Counted from the first letter of the stretch, positions 9,426 to 18,447 are shown. The stretch: 64,000 nt of DNA from Paracoccaceae bacterium (GCA_046348855.1 JAXMDK010000016.1:36721-100720); one strand, 5' to 3'. Numbers and translations: made by a program. The notes: a model not told the origin generated them from the sequence alone.

Positions 9426-11615
9426 ATGGATCGCGCCGATATCGTCCACGACAACTTCCTGCGCCGGGTGGCGGCGCGCGACTTTCCGGCCGGCACCGCG
9501 CCGGCGGGCCCGCTGACGGCCACCGACGCGGTCGCGGCCTACCGCGCCGGGTGTCTCACCCGCGCGCTCGACCGGCAGAGCCGGGCGATGCAGAAGGCCG
9601 GCCAGGGGTTCTATACCATCGGCTCCTCGGGGCACGAAGGTCTGGCGGCGGTGGCGCTGGCGCTCCGGCCAACCGACATGGCCTTCCTCCACTACCGCGA
9701 TGCCGCCTTCCAGATCGCCCGGGCCGGTCAGGTCGACGGCCAATCGATCGCCTGGGACATGCTCCTCTCCTTCGCTGCCTCGTCCGAAGACCCGATCTCG
9801 GGCGGGCGGCACAAGGTGCTGGGCTCGAAGGCGCTGAACATCCCGCCGCAGACCTCGACCATCGCCAGCCACCTGCCGAAGGCGGTGGGGGCGGCCTATG
9901 CCATCGGCGCGGCGCGCCGCCACCGGCCCGAACATCAGGAACTGCCCGACGATTCCATCGTCTATTGTTCGTTCGGCGACGCTTCGGCCAACCATGCGAC
10001 CGCCCAGACCGCCTTCAACACCGCCGGCTGGACCTCCTGGCAGTCGATCCCGCTGCCCTTGCTCTTCGTGTGCGAGGACAACGGCATCGGCATTTCCACC
10101 AAGACGCCGAAAGGCTGGATCGCCGCCGGGTTCCAGAACCGGCCGGGGCTGAAATATTTCCATTGCGACGGGCTTGATCTCTACGACACGTTCCGGGTGG
10201 CGCAAGAAGCCGCCGACTATGTGCGGACCCGCCGCAAGCCCGCCTTCCTGCATGTCAAGACCATCCGCCTTTACGGCCATGCCGGCGCCGACGTGCCGAC
10301 CACCTACCTTTCGCGCGAGGAGGTCGAGGCCGAGGAGGCGCACGATCCCTTGCTGCATGCGGTGCGGCTTCTCGACCAGGCCGGGGCGCTCTCGCCCGAT
10401 CAGGCGCTGGCGATCTATCAGGAAACCAACGCCCGCGTTCAGCGCGTCGCGGCCGAGGCGGTGACCCGCCCGCGGCTGAAGACGGCGGCCGAGGTCATGG
10501 CCAGCCTGATCCCGCCGAAACGCGCCTGCAAGCCCACCAACGGGCCGACCGCCGAAGCTCGCGCCACCGCCTTCGGCGCCGACATGAAGCAGATGGACGA
10601 GCCGCAGATCATGTCGCGGCTCATCAACTGGGCGTTGACCGACCTGATGCTGGCGCATGGCGAGATCGTCATGATGGGCGAGGATGTCGGCCGCAAGGGC
10701 GGCGTCTATGGCGTCACGCAGAAACTGTTCGCCCGTTTCGGACAGGACCGGATGATCGACACGCTGCTCGACGAACAGTCGATCCTCGGCCTTGCCATCG
10801 GCATGGCGCAGAACGGCTTCGTGCCGATGCCGGAAATCCAGTTCCTCGCCTATCTCCACAATGCCGAGGACCAGATCCGGGGCGAGGCGGCGACGCTGTC
10901 GTTCTTCTCGAACGGCCAGTACACCAACCCGATGGTGCTCAGGATCGCCGGCCTCGGCTATCAGAAGGGCTTCGGCGGCCATTTCCACAACGACAATTCG
11001 GTCGCCGTCCTGCGCGACATTCCCGGCGTCATCCTCGCGGTGCCGTCGAACGGCGCCGACGCCGCGAAGATGCTGCGCGAATGCGTGCGTCTGGCGCGGG
11101 AAGAGCAGCGGGTCGTGGTGTTCCTCGAACCGATCGCGCTTTACCCGATGCGCGACCTTCACGGCGAAAAGGACGGCGGCTGGATGTGCCGCTATCCCGA
11201 TCCGTCCGAGGTGATCCCCTTGGGCGAGGTCGGCGTGCATGGCGCGGGCGAGGATATCGCCATCGTCACCTTCGGCAACGGTTACTACCTGTCGCGCCAG
11301 GCCGAGGCGCGGCTGGCGGCCGGGGGCGTGAAGGCGCGCGTCATCGACATGCGCTGGCTGTCGCCCCTGCCGGCCGAGGCGCTGGTCACGGCGGTCGGGG
11401 GCGCGAAGCGTATCCTGGTCGTCGATGAAACCCGCCGGTCGGGCGGGGTGGCCGAAGCCTTGATGGCGCTCTTCGCCGAACGGACGAAGGTGCCGCTGGC
11501 CCGCCTGACCGCCGAGGACAGCTTCATCGCCACCGGCCCGGCCTATGCCGCCACCATGCCCTCGGCCGACAGTGTCTATTCCGCGGCAAAAGCCCTGATC
11601 GGGGGTGGGAAATGA
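9426..11615 (+). CDS. Fused 2-oxoacid dehydrogenase E1 alpha/beta (ThDP-dependent), candidate 2-oxoadipate decarboxylating component
   Basis: Alpha half: GHEG, HYRD, ThDP motif GDA...EDNGIGIS, RLYGH. Beta half: GEDVG, DEQSILG, EIQF, GGHFH. Start taken at MDRADIV. Confidence 0.88.
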   Translation: MDRADIVHDNFLRRVAARDFPAGTAPAGPLTATDAVAAYRAGCLTRALDRQSRAMQKAGQGFYTIGSSGHEGLAAVALALRPTDMAFLHYRDAAFQIARAGQVDGQSIAWDMLLSFAASSEDPISGGRHKVLGSKALNIPPQTSTIASHLPKAVGAAYAIGAARRHRPEHQELPDDSIVYCSFGDASANHATAQTAFNTAGWTSWQSIPLPLLFVCEDNGIGISTKTPKGWIAAGFQNRPGLKYFHCDGLDLYDTFRVAQEAADYVRTRRKPAFLHVKTIRLYGHAGADVPTTYLSREEVEAEEAHDPLLHAVRLLDQAGALSPDQALAIYQETNARVQRVAAEAVTRPRLKTAAEVMASLIPPKRACKPTNGPTAEARATAFGADMKQMDEPQIMSRLINWALTDLMLAHGEIVMMGEDVGRKGGVYGVTQKLFARFGQDRMIDTLLDEQSILGLAIGMAQNGFVPMPEIQFLAYLHNAEDQIRGEAATLSFFSNGQYTNPMVLRIAGLGYQKGFGGHFHNDNSVAVLRDIPGVILAVPSNGADAAKMLRECVRLAREEQRVVVFLEPIALYPMRDLHGEKDGGWMCRYPDPSEVIPLGEVGVHGAGEDIAIVTFGNGYYLSRQAEARLAAGGVKARVIDMRWLSPLPAEALVTAVGGAKRILVVDETRRSGGVAEALMALFAERTKVPLARLTAEDSFIATGPAYAATMPSADSVYSAAKALIGGGK

Positions 11616-12646
11616 CCCGCAAGACCGCCGTCGTCATCTGCCCTGGCCGGGGCACCTACACCAAGGCCGAGCTTGGCTATCTGGGCCGCCATTTCACCGA
11701 CAAGGCGCTCCTGGCCAGCTTCGACGCCACCCGCCGCGATCTCGGGCAGGACACGCTGTCGGCGCTGGACGGGGCGGCCAGCTATTCGGTAGCCCGCCAC
11801 ACCCGCGGCGACAATGCCAGCGGGCTGATCTATGCCTGCACGCTCGGCGACTTCCGCGCCATCGACGCGGGCAGGATCGACGTGGTCGCCGTCACCGGCA
11901 ATTCGATGGGCTGGTATTCGACGCTGGCCTGCGGCGGGGCACTGACCGCCGAAGGCGGGTTCGAGGTGGTCAACACGATGGGCACCCTGATGCAGGAAGC
12001 CCTGATCGGCGGCCAGATCATCTATCCGTTCCTGGGCGAGGACTGGCGGCCCGACCCGGCCAAGAAGGCCGGGCTGCTGGCGCTGGCGGCCGAGATCGGC
12101 GCCCGGCCCGGCCATGTGCTGGCCCTGTCCATCGACCTTGGCGGCATGCTGGTGCTGGCCGGAAACGACGCGGGGCTCAAGGCGTTCGAAACCTCGGTTC
12201 CGCCGGTTCAGGGCCGGTTCCCGATGCGGCTGGCCAACCATGCCGGCTTCCATTCGGCGCTGCAGGCGCCGGTCGCCGAACGCGGCCGCGCCCGGCTTTC
12301 GCCTTCGCTCTTCGGTCAGCCAAAGCTCCCCATGATCGACGGGCGCGGGGTCATCTGGTGGCCGGGGGCGACCGACATCCACCGGCTCTGGGATTATACC
12401 CTCGGCCACCAGGTGACCGAACCCTACGACTTCACCGCCGCCATCCGCATCGCCGCCCGCGAATTCGCCCCCGATCTCTTCATCATCACCGGCCCCGGTA
12501 CCACGCTCGGGGGCGCGGTTGCCCAGTCGCTGATCCTGGCGAACTGGCGTAACATGGGCGCGAAGGCCGATTTCCAGTCACTCCAGCAAACCGCGCCGCT
12601 TCTTGCCGCCATGGGCATGGAAGACCAGCGCGCCATCGTCACCTGA
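11612..12646 (+). CDS. FabD/ACP S-malonyltransferase-like acyltransferase (atypical)
   Basis: CPGRG (cf. FPGQG), GNSMG nucleophile motif (cf. GHSLG), AGFHS catalytic His, GPG; ATGA overlap with E1. Confidence 0.85.
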   Translation: MTRKTAVVICPGRGTYTKAELGYLGRHFTDKALLASFDATRRDLGQDTLSALDGAASYSVARHTRGDNASGLIYACTLGDFRAIDAGRIDVVAVTGNSMGWYSTLACGGALTAEGGFEVVNTMGTLMQEALIGGQIIYPFLGEDWRPDPAKKAGLLALAAEIGARPGHVLALSIDLGGMLVLAGNDAGLKAFETSVPPVQGRFPMRLANHAGFHSALQAPVAERGRARLSPSLFGQPKLPMIDGRGVIWWPGATDIHRLWDYTLGHQVTEPYDFTAAIRIAAREFAPDLFIITGPGTTLGGAVAQSLILANWRNMGAKADFQSLQQTAPLLAAMGMEDQRAIVT

Positions 12647-12656
12647 GGAGGTTTCC

Positions 12657-14156
12657 ATGACCCACGACGACATCCTGAAGGCCGCGGGCCTCACCAAGAC
12701 CGACCTGACCGGCGGCACGCTGGTCGTGCGCTCGCCCATCGACGGCGCCGAACTGGCCCGGCTGCATGAAACCGCCCCGGCCGACATGACCAAGGTCATC
12801 GCCCGGTCGCAGGCGGCGTTCAAGGCCTGGCGCGAAGTGCCGGCCCCGCGCCGGGGCGAACTGGTGCGGCTCCTGGGCGAGGAACTGCGCGCCGCCAAGG
12901 CGGAACTCGGCGCGCTGGTGACGCTCGAGGTCGGCAAGATCACCTCCGAAGGTCTCGGCGAAGTGCAGGAGATGATCGACATCTGCGATTTCGCCGTCGG
13001 CCTGTCGCGGCAGATCTACGGGCTGACCATCGCCTCGGAACGGCCCGGCCACCGGATGATGGAAACCTGGCATCCGCTTGGCCCCTGCGCGATCATCACC
13101 GCCTTCAACTTCCCGGTGGCGGTCTGGTCGTGGAACGCGGCGCTGGCGCTGGTCTGCGGCGACCCGGTGATCTGGAAACCGTCGGAAAAGACCCCGCTGA
13201 CCGCCATCGCCACCCAGAAGATCATGGACCGCGCCCTGAAACGCTTCGGCACCGACGCGCCCGAAGGCCTGTGCCAGCTGGTCATCGGCGGCCCGGCTAT
13301 CGGCGAGGCGCTGGTCGGCTCGAAGGACGTGCCGATCGTGTCGGCCACCGGCTCGACCCGCATGGGCGGGATCGTCGGGCCGAAGGTCTCGGCCCGCTGG
13401 GGCCGGCCGATCCTGGAACTGGGCGGCAACAATGCGATGATCGTCGCGCCCTCGGCCGACATGGACATGGCGGTGCGCGCCATCGTCTTTTCGGCGGTGG
13501 GCACCGCCGGCCAGCGTTGCACCTCGCTCCGCCGGCTGATCGCCCACAACTCGATCAAGGACGAGCTGGTGGCGAAACTGTCCAAGGCCTATGCCAGCCT
13601 GCCGGTCGGCGACCCGCGCAAGGGCACGACGCTGGTCGGCCCGCTGATCGACGCCGCCGCGAAGGACAAGATGCAGGCGATGCTGGGCCGCGCGACGGCC
13701 GAAGGCGGCAAGGTCCACGGCGGCAAGGTCGTCACCGACGGCGTGCCGGCCGGCAACTACGTCAGCCCTGCCATCGTCGAGATGCCCGGCCAGACCGAAA
13801 CGGTGCGCGAGGAAACCTTCGCCCCGATCCTCTATGTCCTCGGCTATGACACGCTGGACGAGGCCATCGCGCTCCAGAACGACGTGCCGCAGGGCCTGTC
13901 GTCCTGCATCTTCACCCTGAACATGCGCGAGGCCGAAACCTTCCTGTCGGCTTCGGGCTCGGACTGCGGCATCGCCAACGTCAACATCGGCCCCTCGGGC
14001 GCCGAGATCGGCGGGGCCTTCGGCGGCGAAAAGGAAACCGGCGGCGGCCGCGAATCGGGCTCGGACGCCTGGAAGGGCTACATGCGGCGGCAGACCAACA
14101 CCCTGAACTATTCGGCGAAACTGCCGCTGGCGCAGGGCGTTAAGTTCGACATCTGA
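12657..14156 (+). CDS. amaB: L-piperideine-6-carboxylate / aminoadipate-semialdehyde dehydrogenase (ALDH7 family)
   Basis: EGLGEVQEMIDICDFAVGLSRQ, ELGGNNA, GTAGQRCT, GAEIGGAFGGEKETGGGRESGSD; GAGGAG RBS. Confidence 0.9.
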   Translation: MTHDDILKAAGLTKTDLTGGTLVVRSPIDGAELARLHETAPADMTKVIARSQAAFKAWREVPAPRRGELVRLLGEELRAAKAELGALVTLEVGKITSEGLGEVQEMIDICDFAVGLSRQIYGLTIASERPGHRMMETWHPLGPCAIITAFNFPVAVWSWNAALALVCGDPVIWKPSEKTPLTAIATQKIMDRALKRFGTDAPEGLCQLVIGGPAIGEALVGSKDVPIVSATGSTRMGGIVGPKVSARWGRPILELGGNNAMIVAPSADMDMAVRAIVFSAVGTAGQRCTSLRRLIAHNSIKDELVAKLSKAYASLPVGDPRKGTTLVGPLIDAAAKDKMQAMLGRATAEGGKVHGGKVVTDGVPAGNYVSPAIVEMPGQTETVREETFAPILYVLGYDTLDEAIALQNDVPQGLSSCIFTLNMREAETFLSASGSDCGIANVNIGPSGAEIGGAFGGEKETGGGRESGSDAWKGYMRRQTNTLNYSAKLPLAQGVKFDI

Positions 14157-14181
14157 CATCGCCGTCAATCACCCTGTTTGG

Positions 14182-14209
14182 AAAGGCCCGCCATATTGGC
14201 GGGCCTTTT
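14182..14209 (+). terminator. Intrinsic terminator after the aldehyde dehydrogenase
   Basis: AAAGGCCCGCCA-TAT-TGGCGGGCCTTTT. Confidence 0.8.
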
Positions 14210-14336
14210 CGTCATTATGTGTATTAATTCATCAATTATGGCTGAAATGACCGAAGCAATCGCCAGCCGGACACAGCAGATTGCGCACCGAAGCGGCCCG
14301 CCATGCGCGGCCCCGACAAGAAGAAAAGGATAGATC

Positions 14337-15416
14337 ATGTCGTTCAGGAAAGTGGCCGTCCTCGGCCTGGGCAAAGTCGGCCATCTGGCCGCGGAACTTC
14401 TGGCGGAATCGGGCTTCGAGGTCACCGGCATCGACGCGCGCGACATCAAGGCGCCCTTCGCCACCCGCAAGGTCGACCTGAAGGATACCGCCGCCCTGGC
14501 CGACGTGCTGAAGGGGCAGGAGGCGATCCTGTCCTGCCTGCCCTACCACCTGAACATCGGCGTCTCGACCGTCGCCCACGGCCTTGGCCTGCACTATTTC
14601 GACCTGACCGAGGACGTGCCCACCACCAAACACATCCGCGAGCTTGCCAAGACCTCCAAGGGCATCATGGCGCCGCAGTGCGGCCTGGCCCCCGGCTTCG
14701 TCGGCATCGTCGGCGCCCACCTGGCCGACCAGTTCGACAAGGTCCGCTCGATCCGCCTGCGCGTCGGCGCGCTGCCGCAGAACCCCACCGGCCTTCTCGG
14801 CTATGCCTTCAACTGGTCGCCCGAAGGCGTCGTCAACGAATATCTGAACGACTGCGAAGTGATCGAGGAAGGCGTCCTGAAATCGGTCTCGGCGATGGAA
14901 TGGCTGGAAACCATCTACATCGACGGGATGCAGCTTGAAGCCTTCACCACCTCGGGCGGGCTCGGTACCATGTGCGAAACCTACGCCGACAAGATCGAGA
15001 ATCTCGACTACAAGACCATGCGCTACCCTGGCCATGTCAAGCTGATGAACTTCTTCTTCCACGAGCTTCTGATGCGCGAAAACCGGGCCGAGGCCGGCCG
15101 CATCCTGACCAACGCCAAGCCGCCGGTCGACGAGGATGTGGTCTATGTCCATGTCGCCGCCGAAGGCACCCAGAACGGCCAGATGCGCCGCAAGGAATTC
15201 GTGCGCTCCTACTATCCGATCGAGATCGGCGGCAAGCACCGCACCGCCATCGCCTGGACCACCTCGGCCTCGGTCGTCGCGGTGATCGAGATGGTGAACG
15301 AAGGCAAGCTGCCGCAGAAGGGCTTCCTCAAGCAGGAGGAAATCCCGCTGGAACCCTACCTGAAGACCCGGACGGGGAACTATTACAACGTCGGCCACAG
15401 AAGCCGGCACGCTTGA
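14337..15416 (+). CDS. Saccharopine dehydrogenase family, probable L-lysine 6-dehydrogenase
   Basis: GLGKVG, YFDLTEDV, PQCGLAPG, WSPEGVVNEY, FTTSGGLGT, YKTMRYPGH. Confidence 0.82.
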   Translation: MSFRKVAVLGLGKVGHLAAELLAESGFEVTGIDARDIKAPFATRKVDLKDTAALADVLKGQEAILSCLPYHLNIGVSTVAHGLGLHYFDLTEDVPTTKHIRELAKTSKGIMAPQCGLAPGFVGIVGAHLADQFDKVRSIRLRVGALPQNPTGLLGYAFNWSPEGVVNEYLNDCEVIEEGVLKSVSAMEWLETIYIDGMQLEAFTTSGGLGTMCETYADKIENLDYKTMRYPGHVKLMNFFFHELLMRENRAEAGRILTNAKPPVDEDVVYVHVAAEGTQNGQMRRKEFVRSYYPIEIGGKHRTAIAWTTSASVVAVIEMVNEGKLPQKGFLKQEEIPLEPYLKTRTGNYYNVGHRSRHA

Positions 15417-15436
15417 CCAGTGAGCGGGTTGATCGG

Positions 15437-15466
15437 GGGGCGGAGCGATCCGCCCCTTTCCTTTTT
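15437..15466 (+). terminator. Intrinsic terminator
   Basis: GGGGCGGA-GCGA-TCCGCCCC followed by a T-rich tract. Confidence 0.75.
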
Positions 15467-15595
15467 CCGGTCTTTTCCCGCCCCCTTGCGCGATTGTCGC
15501 ACTTTCGTGAACAGGCCGGAATTTTCTCTCTGGCCGCCCGAAAGCCGCGCTATAGAGTTGGCAGAGTCGGTGAGTCCCATTTCAGGAGGTCCGTC

Positions 15596-16201
15596 ATGCC
15601 GCCAAACAAGTCCATTCGTTTCCTGATCTTTTCCCTCCTGATGCTGGCCGCCACCCAGGCGCAGGCGCATATCGGCAATGGCGTCGCCGGCGGGTTCTGG
15701 AGCGGCTTCTTCCACCCGCTGTTCGGGCTCGACCATATCGTCGCCATGGTCGGCGTCGGCCTGTGGGGCGCGTTCCTCGGGGCGCCGGCCATCTGGCTGT
15801 TGCCGGTGGTCTTTCCGCTGGTGATGTCGTTCGGGGGGATGCTGGGGATCATGGGCGTGCCCATGCCCGGCGGCGAGACCGGCATCGAGACCGGCATCGC
15901 ACTGTCGGGGATCGTGCTCGGGGCGGCGGTCCTGTTCGGCATCCGCGCGCCCAACTGGGTCGCGGCGGTCATCGTCGGCCTGTTCGCCATCTGTCACGGC
16001 TATGCCCACGGCGCCGAAATGCCGGGCGCGGCCAATGCCTTTTCGTTCGCGCTGGGTTTCGTCATCGCCACCGGCATGCTGCACCTGTGCGGCATCGCGC
16101 TGGGGTTCCTCACGCTCCTGCCCAAGGGGCGCTACGTGGTCAGCAGCCTCGGTGGGGTGATCTGCGCCATCGGCGGCGCCTTCCTGTTCGGTTACCTATG
16201 A
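15596..16201 (+). CDS. HupE/UreJ family Ni/Co permease
   Basis: Signal peptide ending AQA-H, GFFHPLFGLDH, HGYAHGAEMP, GF...TGMLH; AGGAGG RBS. Confidence 0.92.
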   Translation: MPPNKSIRFLIFSLLMLAATQAQAHIGNGVAGGFWSGFFHPLFGLDHIVAMVGVGLWGAFLGAPAIWLLPVVFPLVMSFGGMLGIMGVPMPGGETGIETGIALSGIVLGAAVLFGIRAPNWVAAVIVGLFAICHGYAHGAEMPGAANAFSFALGFVIATGMLHLCGIALGFLTLLPKGRYVVSSLGGVICAIGGAFLFGYL

Positions 16202-16818
16202 AGACCCTTCCGCGCATCAGCCTTGTCGCGCTGACCGTTGCGCTTCTGCCCGTGGCGGCCGAGGCGCACAATTTCGCCAAGGGCACGATCTTCCCCCAGA
16301 TCGTCGAGGGGATCGGCGCTTCGATCAACAGCCCCAGCGGCCTGCTGACCCTGATTCCCCTGGGCATCATGGCCAGCGTCTGGCAGACCGAGGGGATGCT
16401 GCGGCTGATGGCGCCCCTGGTCGCCGGCCTCGTCGCCGGTGTCTTCCTCGCGCTGTTCGGCAGCCCGGCCTATGTGGTGCCGTCGCTCTGCATCGGGATC
16501 CTCAGCGCGCTGCTGGCGGTCATCGCCCGGCCCTGGCCGTTCGCGCCGCTGGCGGCGCTGGCGGCGGCGGCGGGAGTGCTGGTCAACATGGTCACGCTCG
16601 AAGGCCACGGGTTCGGCGAATTGCAGTTCGGCATCTATGTCGGCATCGTCCTTGGCGCCGCGGTGATTCCGCTGATCGCGGCCGCGGTCACGCGCGGGGC
16701 GCTGCAAAAGGTGCCGGCCTTCTGGATGCAGATCGCCGTGCGGGTCATCGCCTCGTGGTCGGCGGCCATCGCGCTGATGTACATGACCTTCCAGTTCAAG
16801 GCGATCATGGGCGGCTGA
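16198..16818 (+). CDS. Divergent HupE/UreJ-like membrane protein
   Basis: Signal peptide AEA-HN, about 6 hydrophobic segments, C-terminal RVIASWSAAIALM; ATGA-coupled to hupE. Confidence 0.65.
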   Translation: MKTLPRISLVALTVALLPVAAEAHNFAKGTIFPQIVEGIGASINSPSGLLTLIPLGIMASVWQTEGMLRLMAPLVAGLVAGVFLALFGSPAYVVPSLCIGILSALLAVIARPWPFAPLAALAAAAGVLVNMVTLEGHGFGELQFGIYVGIVLGAAVIPLIAAAVTRGALQKVPAFWMQIAVRVIASWSAAIALMYMTFQFKAIMGG

Positions 16819-16910
16819 ACCGCCGGAAGGAGCCGGGCAGCAACAAGCCCGGCAACTGTCTTCGGCAAGCAGGGGCAGGGCGGGTGCCACCCTCCCCGCG
16901 CGCCCAACGC

Positions 16911-17017
16911 GCCCCGGAGTTGATCCGGGGCCTCGCCGACCAACCGACGCGCCCTCCCCGGCACGCGCCTGGCAAACCTTTCCAGAAAGACCCCGGCAGG
17001 GTGCGCTTCAGCGCACC
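16911..17017. repeat. Cluster of REP-like hairpins
   Basis: GCCCCGGA-GTTGA-TCCGGGGC at 16911-16931; GCAG-GGTGCGCT-TC-AGCGCACC at 16996-17017. Confidence 0.55.
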
Positions 17018-17313
17018 ACCATCGGCCGAGCAACATTTCGCACAAGAGGTGGCGTTGAAGCGGGAGCGACACTTGCTGTAGAGCCGGGTTTCGCGGCCCA
17101 AATCCGCGTCACGCCAGAAATAGCGTACCAGCTTTGTCGTAGCCGTAGGCGTCGACTTCCTTGAGCAACCGAGCATGCCGTTCGTCTAAGCGCAACAAAC
17201 TGCGTTGTTGTAGATATATGCACCACACAAGCACGACAAGCTTGCTCGCTGTGATTTCAACTGCTACAGCCTGCCTTGTAGAACTCGGAACGCCCCGTGG
17301 AGCGCAACAAGTC

Positions 17314-18447
17314 ATGCACAACCATCTCGATGGCGCCGTTTCCTATCACTATGGCAAGTTCCCGCCTGACAATTTGCGCTTTGAGGAATTGCTCAATCCG
17401 GTCAGTGATGCCGCAAGTGCAATCGCACGGTACGACCAGATGCTTGCCGCGATGCACAACAGCGAGATTCTGCTGGCGCCACTGCGCAACCAGGAAGCGG
17501 TCGTCTCATCCCGTATGGAGGGGACGATTTCAACCCTCGATGAAATCCTGCGCATCGAGGCCGAGGAAGAGGCAGATCAAGACGGCGCATTTCGCATGGC
17601 GCGCAGTGAAGCTGTCGAAACCTTTCTCTACTCTCGCGCCATGCAGCGCTTGCAACGTGAAATCGAGTCGGGAAAGCCGCTGTCCGAGTTCATGATACGA
17701 GCCGCTCATCAGATTCTTCTCTCGTTCGGGCGGGGCGCCGCGAAATCGCCGGGAGCATATAAGACCGAACAGAACTACATCGGTGAAAGACGCAGGCAGC
17801 CGGTTTCCTTCGTGCCGATCAGCCCGGAGGCACTACCCACGGGGATGCAATCGCTTGTTGCCTTTGTTCGCGACAACCCCCTCAACTGCCTGCTGAAGAT
17901 CGCAATAGCGCACGTCGAGTTTGAAGCTCTGCACCCGTTCAAGGATGGCAACGGGCGGATCGGCCGCATGCTGATCACGCTGATGTTATGGACGTCTGGC
18001 CTGATCCGGCAGCCGCATTTCTACGTTAGCTCCTATTTTGAACACTATCGCGATGACTACATCGACATGATGCGCCGCGTCTCATCGCATGACGAATGGA
18101 CCGAGTGGTGTGTGTTCTTTCTAAATGGGCTGCGCAGTCAGGCAGAACGAAACATCTCGACCGCCCAGAGGATTTTCGGTCTCTATGAGGATATGAAGCT
18201 GCGATTCCGGGAAGAGCTGAAAAGCGAGTGGGCAATCGAAGCGTTGGACTTCATGTTCGCAAACCCCAGCTTCAAGAACAGCAAGTTCACCAGCCATGAC
18301 CGTATTCCGCCCCATGTTGCGGCAAACATGTCCAGAAAGTTGCGCGACGCGGGCATCTTGTCACAGATAGCGCCCGGTTCGGGACGGCGACCAGCCATCT
18401 ACGGATTTGCGCCCTTGATCGCAATCGTTCGAGATGAAGACGCATGA
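17314..18447 (+). CDS. Fic family protein with N-terminal inhibitory helix and C-terminal HTH
   Basis: HPFKDGNGRIGR Fic motif, SSRMEGT inhibitory motif; visibly lower GC; start uncertain (frame open from 17161). Confidence 0.92.
   Translation: MHNHLDGAVSYHYGKFPPDNLRFEELLNPVSDAASAIARYDQMLAAMHNSEILLAPLRNQEAVVSSRMEGTISTLDEILRIEAEEEADQDGAFRMARSEAVETFLYSRAMQRLQREIESGKPLSEFMIRAAHQILLSFGRGAAKSPGAYKTEQNYIGERRRQPVSFVPISPEALPTGMQSLVAFVRDNPLNCLLKIAIAHVEFEALHPFKDGNGRIGRMLITLMLWTSGLIRQPHFYVSSYFEHYRDDYIDMMRRVSSHDEWTEWCVFFLNGLRSQAERNISTAQRIFGLYEDMKLRFREELKSEWAIEALDFMFANPSFKNSKFTSHDRIPPHVAANMSRKLRDAGILSQIAPGSGRRPAIYGFAPLIAIVRDEDA

Noticed and set aside
9426-12646. Polyketide or fatty-acid biosynthetic cluster suggested by the acyltransferase
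   Set aside because: No ketosynthase, ACP or NRPS gene is present, and all neighbours are lysine-catabolic.
14170-14336. Lysine riboswitch upstream of the lysine dehydrogenase-like gene
   Set aside because: Only about 125 bp remain after the terminator, and I could not find L-box consensus elements.
16805-17321. Short minus-strand ORFs upstream of fic as a transposase remnant or antitoxin
   Set aside because: No recognisable motif in any frame; a translated search would be needed.
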